A stretch of 64,000 nucleotides of DNA from Amphiscolops sp. MND2022 (Eukaryota): the NCBI GenBank assembly GCA_964187785.1, contig OZ076409.1, positions 74,898,001-74,962,000 on the forward strand. Reading direction: 5' to 3'. Each line of letters starts with the position of its first letter. Positions within the stretch are counted from its first letter, which is position 1. The notes under the pieces were generated by a model, which saw only the letters and a list, made by a program, of their open reading frames with translations, had not been told where the DNA came from and made no database searches. A program made the position numbers and the translations under genes. This document shows positions 62,389 through 64,000 of the stretch, one piece after another.

Positions 62389-64000
62389 GTGGTCCGGGGC
62401 TGTATTGTGCCCCACAGTAGTCCTTGCGAGGCCGGGGAGGGTCCCGATTGCCGAGCGCATTATCCAAAATACATCACTAGTCCACCGGGTCGGATTTCGG
62501 CGATTTTGGAATCTAACCATACGATTTAAATAAAACTTTGCACACATACCTAAAATCAAATTATAAGAACTTTTTTCCCCTGACGTATCATCATTGAAAC
62601 ATTTGTTGAAAAGTTATGTGCAAATGATCGTGTTTTTTGGCACTTTTTCGCATTTTTCACACAGTAGCTCCACACTTTACGCTATGCATTTGGCCCATTT
62701 TTTGCGTGCGAGGCATAAATGATGTCATGTTCACACATGCCAAAAATTATTTCTCAATTCGCAACAGGAGTGGAGATATGGCGGATAATATAGGCGGAAA
62801 AAATAACGAATACGAAAATTTGCACATATTTGGCCAACATTTGTTTGAAAAATGAGAAAAAGTAAAAAGTACGCGGATTGCTTTGAAACTTGGCACACAG
62901 GTAGTAGAACAAATTCTAAGAACTTTTTTCTTCTGACGTTTTTCCGAAAAATTGCATCTTCAACCTATATTTGCAATATTTCGGGTTTTTTGATTCAACG
63001 TGATTTATCACTCACATATTCAAAGTCCATTTTCAGCATGAAGCAACGCAGATACCGGCAATGAGCACATATTGCAAAATCATCAACGGCCAACGGTCTA
63101 CCGAACAGTCCAAAAAAATTTTGCCCTCGGGCCCAATCAAAGTGGCCAAAGGTGCCAAAATGTTTTTTCTAACAGTATCACCATTACAAAATTGATGATT
63201 TGACCAGGAGGAACGGTCCGCACGGTCTCGGACCATAAGGTGAAAAAGTGTCAGTGAGTTATGGTGACGACCAAAATGACATCGGTAGACCTCTAGGAGG
63301 CCTCTGAAAAAAAATTGATTTTTTTGAGTCACGGTCCGAGTTGATCTGTTACGTTGTATGAACATTTCATAATCATGTTACTCATAACCGGGTGCAGATA
63401 GCACCGTTGGTCATCTTTATCAAAATGAACATTGGGCAGCGGTCTAACGATTGAGTGTAAAAAATATACCTTAGTTGCTATTGTGAAAGAAAAAAATTCT
63501 CAGAAGTGTTGTTTTCGATTTTTCATGTCGACTCGCAGTTACAAAAAGGTGATTTTCTCTTCAGGAACGGTCCGAACGGTCTAGGACCATAAGGTCAAAA
63601 ATTGTCAGTGTGACATGGTGGCGCCCAAAAACCCATCAGAACACTTGTAGGAAGCTTCTGAAAGAATATCGGATTTTTACGTGGGTCCGAGAGTTATACT
63701 GTCACATCGTAACAACATTTCGGGTATGCATATCTCCTGACAGAGTACAGATAGCATCATGGGTCACCTTTTCGAAAAAGAACGTGGGCCACTGGTCTAT
63801 CGATTGGTCATAAAAAGTTTTCAGTCACTGCTGCACGGCGTGCACAATATGCCAATATGGGGTATTTAGCATTTTTTTGCACGACTCGGACCTACAAAAG
63901 TCCCATTTCTGCTCCACCAACGGTCCGTACGGTCTTGAACCATAAGGTCAAAAAGTGTCAGTGTGCTATGGTGACGCCCAAAAACCCATCAGTACACTTG
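62389..64000 (+). mobile_element. Array unit 34, family P, partial, with internal ~354-bp tandem repeats
   Basis: GGGGAGGGTCCC at 62434; AACGGTCCG..ACGGTC..ACCATAAGGT at 63212, 63566, 63919. Confidence 0.65.

Larger units (their letters stand above)
1..64000 (+). repeat. Heterogeneous head-to-tail array of putative non-autonomous rolling-circle (Helitron-like) units; extends beyond both window edges
   Basis: 34 CTRG|GTGS junctions. Units start at 853, 2124, 3392, 4677, 5980, 7251, 9445, 10716, 11987, 13275, 14553, 17345, 18735, 20023, 21310, 22581, 23852, 25122, 26525, 29595, 31013, 32293, 34287, 35675, 36946, 38334, 53335, 54608, 55997, 57276, 58549, 59836, 61125, 62389. No spacer DNA between units. 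Confidence 0.92.

Overview
Eukaryotic-looking, non-genic repeat region (host not identifiable from sequence). Almost the whole window is one head-to-tail, same-orientation array of 33 complete and 2 partial non-coding units. Most are 1.26-1.42 kb and they fall into about 16 sequence families in shuffled order. All 34 junctions read CTRG|GTGS. 31 of them are preceded by a conserved ~50-bp hairpin core (YAACGCCCACCGTCYGTRGGCATGCCGAGGCATGCCYTTCGACGACG). One unit (38334-53334, 15 kb) has the same termini and encodes the only real protein: a ~2350-aa HUH Rep + PIF1-type helicase (Helitron-like) with a degenerate C-terminal GIY-YIG-like domain. My best reading, which is inference, is an autonomous rolling-circle element sitting inside a cassette-like array of non-autonomous partners that insert site-specifically into each other's terminal junction. 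Coordinates and family assignments were read by eye, without alignment tools.
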